This document shows positions 7,061 through 15,563 of a DNA stretch of 32,000 nucleotides, in pieces. The notes below the pieces were generated by a model that was not told the DNA's origin, made no database searches, and worked only from the letters and a program-made list of their open reading frames with translations. The translations under genes and the position numbers were made by a program. This DNA comes from Candidatus Saccharimonadota bacterium. GTDB taxonomy: Bacteria; Patescibacteriota; Saccharimonadia; Saccharimonadales; Saccharimonadaceae. The number at the start of each line of letters is the position of its first letter. Position 1 is the stretch's first letter. The stretch lies in NCBI GenBank assembly GCA_001897305.1, contig MKSO01000001.1:780001-812000 (forward strand), read 5' to 3'.

Positions 7061-7711
7061 TCACCAGGGGTGTCGACGGGAGCGAGGACGACCGGGCTCG
7101 ACGTAGAGCCGATAGTACTCGACCCACGAGCTGATTGTAATCACGGCAGCCATCACGGTAACCGCGAACCGAACGTCGCGCGCCCAGGTCCATTCGCCGG
7201 TCCCCAGAGGGATTGGCAGGAACCATAGCGCCACCGTAACCGCCTGAAGCGCCATCTTGCACTTCCCTTGGAAAGTTGGCGGCATGGTGTCGTGGCGCGA
7301 CTGGTTGATCTGGTACGCCAGCACCACCTCCCGTACTGTAACCAGGACCGTAAACACCAACAGCACCCAGCCACTGAATCCACCGAAGTAAACCCAGCAA
7401 AGACCCACCAGCGAGATGAACACCAACAGCTTGTCGGCGATCGGGTCGATGAAGGCGCCCCATTTGCTGGTGAGCTTGAAGTGGCGCGCCAGCCAGCCAT
7501 CGATGCCATCGGTTGAGGCGACGACAACGAATGCAAATGCGCTCCAACCACGCATGCCTGCGTTCTGCGGTGCAAGCACCAACAAAACCGCCGGCAGCGC
7601 AGCAGTGACGATGCGCAAGTAGGTCACCCAATTCGGCAAGTAGTACCACTGGCGGCGGAAGCTCTCGGCCAGCGAGAGCTGAGGCGGAGCGATATCCGTC
7701 ATGTTAATCAC
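7061..7711 (-). CDS. CDP-alcohol phosphatidyltransferase family protein (PgsA-like)
   Basis: Signature DGIDGWLARHFKLTSKWGAFIDPIADKLL matches D-G-x2-A-R-x8-G-x3-D-x3-D. The protein is multi-TM and high-GC. SD AAGAGGTG precedes the ATG. The overlapping track ORFs 7008..7649 and 7153..7575 lack any motif. Confidence 0.85.
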   Translation of the reverse strand: MINMTDIAPPQLSLAESFRRQWYYLPNWVTYLRIVTAALPAVLLVLAPQNAGMRGWSAFAFVVVASTDGIDGWLARHFKLTSKWGAFIDPIADKLLVFISLVGLCWVYFGGFSGWVLLVFTVLVTVREVVLAYQINQSRHDTMPPTFQGKCKMALQAVTVALWFLPIPLGTGEWTWARDVRFAVTVMAAVITISSWVEYYRLYVEPGRPRSRRHPW

Positions 7712-7757
7712 CTCTTTCGGAGAGAATGTGAAGCGTCATCGGATGATGATAGGCTAT

Positions 7758-7786
7758 AGTATACTCCGATAGTTTGACTTTTTCAA
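7758..7786 (-). promoter_or_regulatory. TTGAAA-17-TATACT promoter for the CDP-alcohol phosphatidyltransferase gene
   Basis: It lies about 45 nt upstream of ATG 7711, and the leader carries SD AAGAGGTG. Confidence 0.45.
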
Positions 7787-7802
7787 GTTTTATTGGTATA
7801 AT
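7774..7802 (+). promoter_or_regulatory. Orphan near-consensus promoter TTGACT-17-TATAAT on the plus strand
   Basis: It has no plus-strand gene downstream. It points at the bidirectional terminator at 7823..7845 and then runs antisense to dnaK. Confidence 0.3.
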
Positions 7803-7822
7803 TATATTAATACCCATAAAAA

Positions 7823-7845
7823 ATAGCCGGCGATTCGTCGGCTAT
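7823..7845 (-). terminator. Bidirectional intrinsic terminator after dnaK
   Basis: A 10-bp stem ATAGCCGGCG/CGTCGGCTAT (one G-T pair), flanked by AAAAAA and TTTTT. Confidence 0.8.
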
Positions 7846-7862
7846 TTTTCTCAGTAAGTTGA

Positions 7863-9758
<1,896 letters not shown>

Positions 9759-9808
9759 AGTTACTCTCCTATTTACTTACAATAATCGTTTGATTTGTTA
9801 TATCCATT

Positions 9809-9835
9809 CTAGCACTCTCGGTATGAGATTGCCAA
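9809..9835 (-). promoter_or_regulatory. Second, degenerate CIRCE-like inverted repeat in the dnaK leader
   Basis: The minus strand reads TTGGCAATC-N9-GAGTGCTAG, with 3 mismatches in the 18 arm positions. It lies downstream of the predicted -10 box. Confidence 0.5.
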
Positions 9836-9843
9836 GTACCCTT

Positions 9844-9873
9844 ATTGTAGAACGGTTAGCACTCTCATGTCAA
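9844..9873 (-). promoter_or_regulatory. dnaK promoter, TTGACA-18-TACAAT
   Basis: The -35 hexamer (9868..9873) is inside the CIRCE spacer. The -10 box is at 9844..9849. The leader of about 80 nt carries the degenerate CIRCE and SD AGGAGA. Confidence 0.55.
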
Positions 9874-9882
9874 GAGTGCTAA
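9856..9882 (-). promoter_or_regulatory. CIRCE operator of dnaK
   Basis: Perfect TTAGCACTC-N9-GAGTGCTAA. The plus-strand spacer is TCATGTCAA. Confidence 0.93.
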
Positions 9883-9926
9883 TTTATTTTCTTTTGCTTA
9901 TGGTTCGCCTTTCCGGTTAGCAGAGG

Positions 9927-9932
9927 TATACT
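9927..9932 (+). promoter_or_regulatory. -10 box TATACT, 6 nt before ATG 9939 (leaderless-type)
   Basis: Read directly from the sequence. The -35 is weak. Confidence 0.4.
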
Positions 9933-9938
9933 AACCTC

Positions 9939-10649
9939 ATGAATCTTCCGGAAATTCAAAATCACATCATTTCTAAGCTGAAAAATGCCGGGTCTTTGCG
10001 TTATCGAGATCTCAAGCCCGAAGATACACCGAATGATCTTTTTAATTATCACCTCAAGGCGCTCGTCTCTAAGGGAATTGTCGATAAAGTTTCGAGTGGA
10101 TACACACTTTCAAAAACAGGACAAGCCTACGTTGCAGATGTATATCATACTAGTGACCCTCAGCTCAATCGTCTTTTCAAAATTAATGTTATTACGATCG
10201 TTTCCCGAATGCATAATGGTAAGCTTGAAATCCTTTCGCAACGGCGCAACTCACAGCCTTCGTTTGGAATGGTTGATGTTATGGGTGGAACAATCGTTAA
10301 GGGCGAGGACATGCTTGATGGCGCCTGTCGAAAACTACAAGGAGAAACGGGGCTTCAAGCAGATTTCAAACTTGTAGGTATGGAACGTAGACGGCTTTAT
10401 AAATCTGACGAACTATTTTCAGATGTACTCTTTCCTATATGTTACGCCGATAATCACAGAGGTGAACTTATTTCTACCGAATATGGCGAAAATTTTTGGG
10501 TACCAATTGACCAAGCAATTAAAAATGCCGACCGGCCGTACGATAATATCATTTCAATTCTTACGACCTTAAAAGCGATCAAAGCAGGTACTGTTAATTC
10601 TCTCCCTTTCTTTTACGAGGAAACAGTTCAAAAAGATACTAATTCGTAG
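9939..10649 (+). CDS. N-terminal winged-helix DNA-binding domain fused to a Nudix-fold domain with a degenerate Nudix box (putative ligand-sensing regulator)
   Basis: Residues 1-65 look like an ArsR/MarR-type wHTH (YRDLKPEDTPNDLFNYHLKALVSKGIV). The Nudix-box region GGTIVKGEDMLDGACRKLQGETGL fits Gx5Ex7R-K-L-x-G-E-x-G-L, so two of the REUxEE acidic positions are replaced. Confidence 0.7.
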   Translation: MNLPEIQNHIISKLKNAGSLRYRDLKPEDTPNDLFNYHLKALVSKGIVDKVSSGYTLSKTGQAYVADVYHTSDPQLNRLFKINVITIVSRMHNGKLEILSQRRNSQPSFGMVDVMGGTIVKGEDMLDGACRKLQGETGLQADFKLVGMERRRLYKSDELFSDVLFPICYADNHRGELISTEYGENFWVPIDQAIKNADRPYDNIISILTTLKAIKAGTVNSLPFFYEETVQKDTNS

Positions 10650-10657
10650 ATATTTCA

Positions 10658-10681
10658 AGTGAGTGTTGGCTCGCTTTTTTT
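10658..10681 (+). terminator. Intrinsic terminator after the wHTH-Nudix gene
   Basis: AGTGAG-tgttgg-CTCGCT stem followed by a T run of 7. Confidence 0.6.
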
Positions 10682-10735
10682 GTTTTAGTTCTCACTATAA
10701 GCTTTTAGTAATAAGACTTAAGGAGGATAGAGACG

Positions 10736-11590
10736 ATGAGCAATCCTGAACATTACGTGGGACCATGGCAAGTAAAGTACCCCAATGAACTACAGGAAAA
10801 GGTTAAAGAAGCAGTTGAAGGTTTCGAAGAATTTTTAACTCTCGAACCTGATGCGCAAGATGTATTTACAATTAGTGACCGTTTTAACGGTTTTGGTGTT
10901 GAACGAAAAATGGGCGATGGCAGCGATGCAAGCGGCGGGAGTCATGACGTTAAGCTTAATTTCGACACCACACGTGCAGGCATTGAAAGCCTAGAGGCAG
11001 CCGCAAATAGCATAAAAGGGGCCGACGGTAAAATTGCACAAGGTTTTATTAAGAGCATCGCGTCTCTTGCGGAGTATGCACACACTGCAATTTCTGAAGT
11101 GGGCGCAGTTATCGAAGAGAGATCAGGCACGATAGGATTCCGTGAACTCGCCAAAGCAAGTGCCGGTGACGCCTACTTCAGATTCCTTCACTACCCCGCC
11201 GGCGTAGCCGTAGATAGTATCGTGGGTGAGCCACACCCAGACAATAGTGGTTTTACATTACACCTATACGAATCAACTGATGGCTGTGAATGGCTCGATA
11301 GTGACGGGAAAACATGGCACCCAATGCCCGTAAACGAAGGCTACGCTACGACATTTGCAAGTATGCAAACACAACTAGTCACAGGTGGTGAAATTGACGC
11401 ATTATGGCATCGAATCATTGCTAATGAGACTACTCATACAGTTGGGCGAATTGCGGTGGTATGTTTTGTGTCACTGAAAGACACTCCAAAATATGATCGC
11501 AAAAGTCATGGTCGACTTCAAGAATTTGAAACCGGCAGCACGTATGGGTTAGACCCTGAACAATTTAATAATTTATTTGTAAAGTCGTAG
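10736..11590 (+). CDS. 2OG-Fe(II) oxygenase superfamily protein (isopenicillin-N-synthase-like)
   Basis: FRFLHYPA...GEPHPDNSGFTLHL (HxD)...WHPMP...ALWHRII (distal His)...GRIAVVCF (RxA/S). Strong SD AAGGAGG. Confidence 0.7.
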   Translation: MSNPEHYVGPWQVKYPNELQEKVKEAVEGFEEFLTLEPDAQDVFTISDRFNGFGVERKMGDGSDASGGSHDVKLNFDTTRAGIESLEAAANSIKGADGKIAQGFIKSIASLAEYAHTAISEVGAVIEERSGTIGFRELAKASAGDAYFRFLHYPAGVAVDSIVGEPHPDNSGFTLHLYESTDGCEWLDSDGKTWHPMPVNEGYATTFASMQTQLVTGGEIDALWHRIIANETTHTVGRIAVVCFVSLKDTPKYDRKSHGRLQEFETGSTYGLDPEQFNNLFVKS

Positions 11591-11591
11591 G

Positions 11592-12071
11592 CTATTTTCG
11601 CGTTACTTTCACCATAGCATGGCGAATAACACGGCCGTTAAGTGTGTACCCGCCTTGTAATTCTTCGGCGATAACTTCTTTTTCGCCAGCAGCATCTTCA
11701 TCAAACTGAATTGCTTCGTGAATTTCAGGGTTAAATTCTGTCCCAGTTTTTGCATCAATTCGCTTTAAGTTTAGGCTTTCCAATGACTTCTCAAGGTTCT
11801 TCACTAAGCCAACAACGCTTTGTGCCCAGGTGTTGTCTTTAAGATCATCTGGCATATAGGTAATCGCACGCTCGATGTTATCGATAACCGGTAGGAGTTT
11901 AAGAATGGCACTGGATTGCCCACTTTCGCGCGCAGCAGTCTTCTCGCCCTCAACGCGTTTTCGGTAATTTTCAAAGTCGGCACGAGTTCGCTGCAAATCA
12001 AGGGTTAACTCTCCGAGTTGCTGTTCGAACTCGTTAGCAGTTTCGTCAGGTTGGGTCGTTTTTTTTGCCAT
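11592..12071 (-). CDS. grpE: Nucleotide exchange factor GrpE
   Basis: RTRADFENYRKR motif, C-terminal GYTLNGRVIRHAMVKV, 159 aa. SD GGAAAGGA lies inside the preceding small ORF. Confidence 0.93.
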   Translation of the reverse strand: MAKKTTQPDETANEFEQQLGELTLDLQRTRADFENYRKRVEGEKTAARESGQSSAILKLLPVIDNIERAITYMPDDLKDNTWAQSVVGLVKNLEKSLESLNLKRIDAKTGTEFNPEIHEAIQFDEDAAGEKEVIAEELQGGYTLNGRVIRHAMVKVTRK

Positions 12072-12074
12072 GTT

Positions 12075-12272
12075 TTATCCTTTCCTTGCTTTAGCTTGTG
12101 ACCGTTGGGTATCTTTTTTAGGGCTTCCTTGTTCGTCTTGCCACCAGGTACGATGCGCAGGCCAAGAGGGTGCTATCTCTATAACGAAATAGACGATTGT
12201 TGCTACGATAAGGAACGCTACTACCGCCCACACTGGCCAGTTTGCGATGAGGTGACCAATCCAATCAATCAT
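12075..12272 (-). CDS. Small single-pass membrane protein (65 aa) encoded between hrcA and grpE
   Basis: The track ORF is 12075..12314. I prefer ATG 12272, 1 nt after the hrcA stop. Sequence MIDWIGHLIANWPVWAVVAFLIVATIVYFVIEIAP is followed by a Trp-rich, basic tail. The stop lies 3 nt before the grpE ATG. Confidence 0.55.
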   Translation of the reverse strand: MIDWIGHLIANWPVWAVVAFLIVATIVYFVIEIAPSWPAHRTWWQDEQGSPKKDTQRSQAKARKG

Positions 12273-12273
12273 G

Positions 12274-12984
12274 CTATAAAATCTCCTCAAGCATTGCACC
12301 AGTGTGGCGAACAAGGCGCATTACCTTGGCGTAACTTTGGCGGGTTGGACCAATGACACCAATATAGCTGTTGTCGCTATAGGGTGAGCGGAACTTACTG
12401 ATAATAAGGGTTGCGCCACTCGCCTTGCCGATTGGATTTTCTGAACCAATGTATACGTTCAAGGGTTCGTTAGGAGCAGCCTCACGGAGCCATGGCTCCA
12501 GGTTATCAAGCAGACGGGCAACTTGCTGGGCGTGTTCGCCATGCATAAACTCGGGCTGTGAAAAAAGGTTTCCCATACCACTTAAATAGAGTTCATCACC
12601 AATAGTGGCAATGCCTAGGTTGTGGGTCAGCTCGACCAGGCTATCGACAGCACTACGGATTGCACGGTCAGCACGGTCAGTATGAGTGTTGACACGAGCT
12701 TCGATCGCTCTCGCACTGCGATCGAGTAGTTGCTGTGGTTCATTGGCCTGAGCCTCATTCAGGCTATTCACGTAAAAACGATACCCGGCATCGGTTGGGA
12801 TACGACCAGCACTAGTGTGCGGTTGAACGATCAAGCCCATCTCTTCTAGCTTAGCCATTTCACTCCGGATAGTCGCGCTGGAAACACCGAATAATTTCGC
12901 CAGCATAACACTGCCCACTGGGGCTGCGATTTCGGCGTGCTGTTCAATAATTGCCGCTAAAATAAGTCGTTGACGTTCGGTCAT
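12274..12984 (-). CDS. hrcA: Heat-inducible transcription repressor HrcA (short form, 236 aa)
   Basis: The N-terminal wHTH reads RQRLILAAIIEQHAEIAAPVGSVMLAKLFGVSSATIRSEMAKLEEMGLIVQPHTSAGRIPTDAGYRFYV. A perfect CIRCE lies upstream. Confidence 0.92.
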   Translation of the reverse strand: MTERQRLILAAIIEQHAEIAAPVGSVMLAKLFGVSSATIRSEMAKLEEMGLIVQPHTSAGRIPTDAGYRFYVNSLNEAQANEPQQLLDRSARAIEARVNTHTDRADRAIRSAVDSLVELTHNLGIATIGDELYLSGMGNLFSQPEFMHGEHAQQVARLLDNLEPWLREAAPNEPLNVYIGSENPIGKASGATLIISKFRSPYSDNSYIGVIGPTRQSYAKVMRLVRHTGAMLEEIL

Positions 12985-12990
12985 GCTTTT

Positions 12991-13020
12991 ATTTTAGCTG
13001 ATGTTAGCACTCGGTGTCAA
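12991..13020 (-). promoter_or_regulatory. hrcA promoter, TTGACA-18-TAAAAT, -10 ends 6 nt before the ATG (leaderless-type)
   Basis: The -35 hexamer (13015..13020) is inside the CIRCE spacer. The -10 box is at 12991..12996. Confidence 0.55.
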
Positions 13021-13030
13021 TGAGTGCTAA
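13004..13030 (-). promoter_or_regulatory. CIRCE operator of hrcA
   Basis: Perfect TTAGCACTC-N9-GAGTGCTAA. The plus-strand spacer is GGTGTCAAT. The distal arm contains the TAG stop codon of the gmk-like gene (13027..13029). Confidence 0.93.
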
Positions 13031-13737
13031 AGGGCGTGCGAATCTAAGAAAGTTTGGGTTTCGTTAATAAGCTTCTGCGCAACAGCCAAGGCGTTTTGCC
13101 TATAGTCGTCCACTTTGTAGCTCTTCGATTTAATAACCTCTGCCGTTTCGACCACTTCGGTATTAATAACCGGGTAAAAGCGCTCATTACGAAATACTGC
13201 TTCGTATTCATTAAGAGCGCTTTGGAAACGACGTATTTTGTTTTCAGGGGTCATATCCCCACGCCCATCAATTCGTTCGTTCCACACCTCAAAGCTTGGT
13301 GGCAGCAATAAGATTGCTTCGAAATCTGGGTCAACTGCCATAAATTCTTCCATACCTTGGATATCAATATCCAAAATAGGCGTACGGCCACTCTCTACAA
13401 CAGTACGATACGCAGCAATACTGGTTCCATATACAGTGTCGCCATGGACAAGCTTTGCTTCTACGTATTGGCTATTCGAAAGCTTCTCAATTGCTACCTG
13501 ATCAGTAATAAACCAGTAGTGAACTCCGTTTACTTCATCGTCGTTTCCGATTGGGCGCGGACGGCGAGTCGTATCAGATACAACCGGTGCGTAGTCACCA
13601 CGCAGTGTCAGGTAGTGAGCAAGCGTACTCTTACCAGCGCCTGTTGGGCCAGCCAGCCCAAGTGGCTGATGGGCATGAATAAGCTGACGAGCTTCTTCAG
13701 GAATATGGTATGTGTTGACGGCTTCTTGTAGATTCAT
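13027..13737 (-). CDS. gmk: Guanylate kinase-like protein
   Basis: P-loop GPTGAGKSTL, SDTTRRPR...GVHYWF, YGTS and ILDIDIQG motifs. At 236 aa it has N- and C-terminal extensions relative to the roughly 205-aa canonical enzyme. Confidence 0.75.
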   Translation of the reverse strand: MNLQEAVNTYHIPEEARQLIHAHQPLGLAGPTGAGKSTLAHYLTLRGDYAPVVSDTTRRPRPIGNDDEVNGVHYWFITDQVAIEKLSNSQYVEAKLVHGDTVYGTSIAAYRTVVESGRTPILDIDIQGMEEFMAVDPDFEAILLLPPSFEVWNERIDGRGDMTPENKIRRFQSALNEYEAVFRNERFYPVINTEVVETAEVIKSKSYKVDDYRQNALAVAQKLINETQTFLDSHAL

Positions 13738-13745
13738 ATTAGGCT

Positions 13746-13754
13746 ATTCTACCA
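13746..13754 (-). promoter_or_regulatory. Extended -10 TGgTAGAAT, 8 nt before ATG 13737 (leaderless-type)
   Basis: Read directly from the sequence. No SD is present. Confidence 0.45.
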
Positions 13755-13784
13755 GAGTTGAAGAGCGGCACCAAGAAGCAAAGG

Positions 13785-15563
13785 CTAGTCGCGCTTCAAC
13801 ATCACCATGAAAGCTTCGGAGGGGATATCTACTTTTCCAAACCGTTTCATGCGCTTTTTACCCTTCGCCTGCTTGGCAAGTAGTTTCTTTTTACGAGAAA
13901 CGTCTCCGCCGTACAAATAGCCGGTCACGTCTTTTCGGTAAGCACTGATATCTTCACGGGCAATAAACTTACCGCCAATACCGGCTTGCAGTGAGACCTG
14001 GAAGCTTTGGCGTGGAATTACTTCTTTTAGTTTTTTAACCATTTCACGGCCTAAACTTTGCGACTCCGAGCGGTGCGCCATCACACTGAGCGCATCAACC
14101 ATCTCGCCGGAAACGTAAAAATCAACACGCACCAAATCTTCAGGCCTATACGTATCCAGTTCATAGTTGAACGAACCGTAGCCACTAGTAATAGATTTTA
14201 GTTGGTCGTAAAAATCTGTTAACAAATTAGCCAGTGGCGCTTCGAAGCTAATCAAAGCCCGCTCGTCTATATAGCTTAGATTAGACTGACGTCCACGCTT
14301 GCTCACAATCAGCTGAATGACCGGGCCAATAAATTGCTGCGGTACGACAATTTCACCCTTAATCCACGGCTCACGTATTTCGGTAATTTTACTGACATCA
14401 GGTAGGTTGCTGGCACTTTTAATATCGAGTTCTTCACCGTTACTCAGTGATACTTGGTAGTCTGTTGAAGGGTTTGTAACAACCAGATCAAGATCATACT
14501 CTCGCTCTAAACGTTCGCGAATAATATCGAGGTGCAAAAGCCCCAAAAAGCCAATACGCACGCCAAAACCAAGAACGGGAGAATTTTCGGGCTCAAACTG
14601 CAAGGCCGAGTCGCTCATACTCAGTTTTTCAATAGCGTCTTTGAGGTCTTGGTAATCATCATTACTGACTGGGAAAAAGCCAGCGTAGACAAACGGCTTG
14701 ACTAACTTATACCCAGGCAGTGGTTCGGTGGCGGCTTTTCGCTTAACGGTAACTGTATCTCCTACCCGTGCTTCGCGGGTTGTGCGCAGGTTAGTAACAA
14801 TATAGCCAATTTCACCGGTTTTCAAACTGTCGCTTGGTTTCATACTCGGGCTTAAGGAGCCCACTTCTAAAGCTAGCCCCGATGCCCCAGTGGCAAGCAT
14901 CTCAATGGTGTCGCCTTTTTTAATTTCACCATCGAAATCACGAACATACAAAATAACACCACGGTAATCATCAAAATAACTATCGAAAATAAGTGCCCTA
15001 GTGGCTTCGCCTGGTGAACCTTGTGGCGGCGCGATTTGCTCGACCACCGCATCAAGCACGTCAGTGACACCCATGCCTGTTTTGGCGCTAATTTTAATAA
15101 TGTCCTCTTCTTTACAGCCCAGCAAATTAATAACTTCAGCACTCACCTTAGGCACATCGGCAGCAGGTAGATCAATTTTATTCAAAACGGGAATAATTTT
15201 TAGGTCTGCCGCTATAGCCAAATACACGTTCGCAAGGGTTTGAGCCTGAATACCCTGTGATGCATCAACTACTAAAATGGCACCTTCGCAAGCCTGAAGG
15301 CTTCGCGACACTTCGTAACTAAAGTCGACATGGCCTGGCGTATCGATAAGGTTTAGCTCGTGGCCTTTATAGTTCATTCTAACCGGCGCAAGTTTAATAG
15401 TAATACCTTTTTCGCGCTCAAGGTCCATACTATCGAGTAGCTGCGATTTCATATCACGCTTTTGCACAGTTCCTGTCAGTTCGAGCATACGGTCAGCCAA
15501 CGTCGACTTACCATGGTCGATGTGAGCGATGATACAAAAATTACGAATATGATCTTGGTTCAT
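13785..15563 (-). CDS. lepA: Elongation factor 4 (LepA)
   Basis: IRNFCIIAHIDHGKSTLADR, DTPGHVDF and NKIDL GTPase motifs plus the LepA C-terminal region. 592 aa. Confidence 0.97.
   Translation of the reverse strand: MNQDHIRNFCIIAHIDHGKSTLADRMLELTGTVQKRDMKSQLLDSMDLEREKGITIKLAPVRMNYKGHELNLIDTPGHVDFSYEVSRSLQACEGAILVVDASQGIQAQTLANVYLAIAADLKIIPVLNKIDLPAADVPKVSAEVINLLGCKEEDIIKISAKTGMGVTDVLDAVVEQIAPPQGSPGEATRALIFDSYFDDYRGVILYVRDFDGEIKKGDTIEMLATGASGLALEVGSLSPSMKPSDSLKTGEIGYIVTNLRTTREARVGDTVTVKRKAATEPLPGYKLVKPFVYAGFFPVSNDDYQDLKDAIEKLSMSDSALQFEPENSPVLGFGVRIGFLGLLHLDIIRERLEREYDLDLVVTNPSTDYQVSLSNGEELDIKSASNLPDVSKITEIREPWIKGEIVVPQQFIGPVIQLIVSKRGRQSNLSYIDERALISFEAPLANLLTDFYDQLKSITSGYGSFNYELDTYRPEDLVRVDFYVSGEMVDALSVMAHRSESQSLGREMVKKLKEVIPRQSFQVSLQAGIGGKFIAREDISAYRKDVTGYLYGGDVSRKKKLLAKQAKGKKRMKRFGKVDIPSEAFMVMLKRD

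Noticed and set aside
7008-7649. 213-aa and 140-aa minus-strand ORFs overlapping the CDP-alcohol phosphatidyltransferase frame
   Set aside because: They are alternative frames of the same high-GC DNA with Arg/Gly/Ala-rich nonsense translations. Only the 7061..7711 frame has the DGx2ARx8Gx3Dx3D signature and TM helices.
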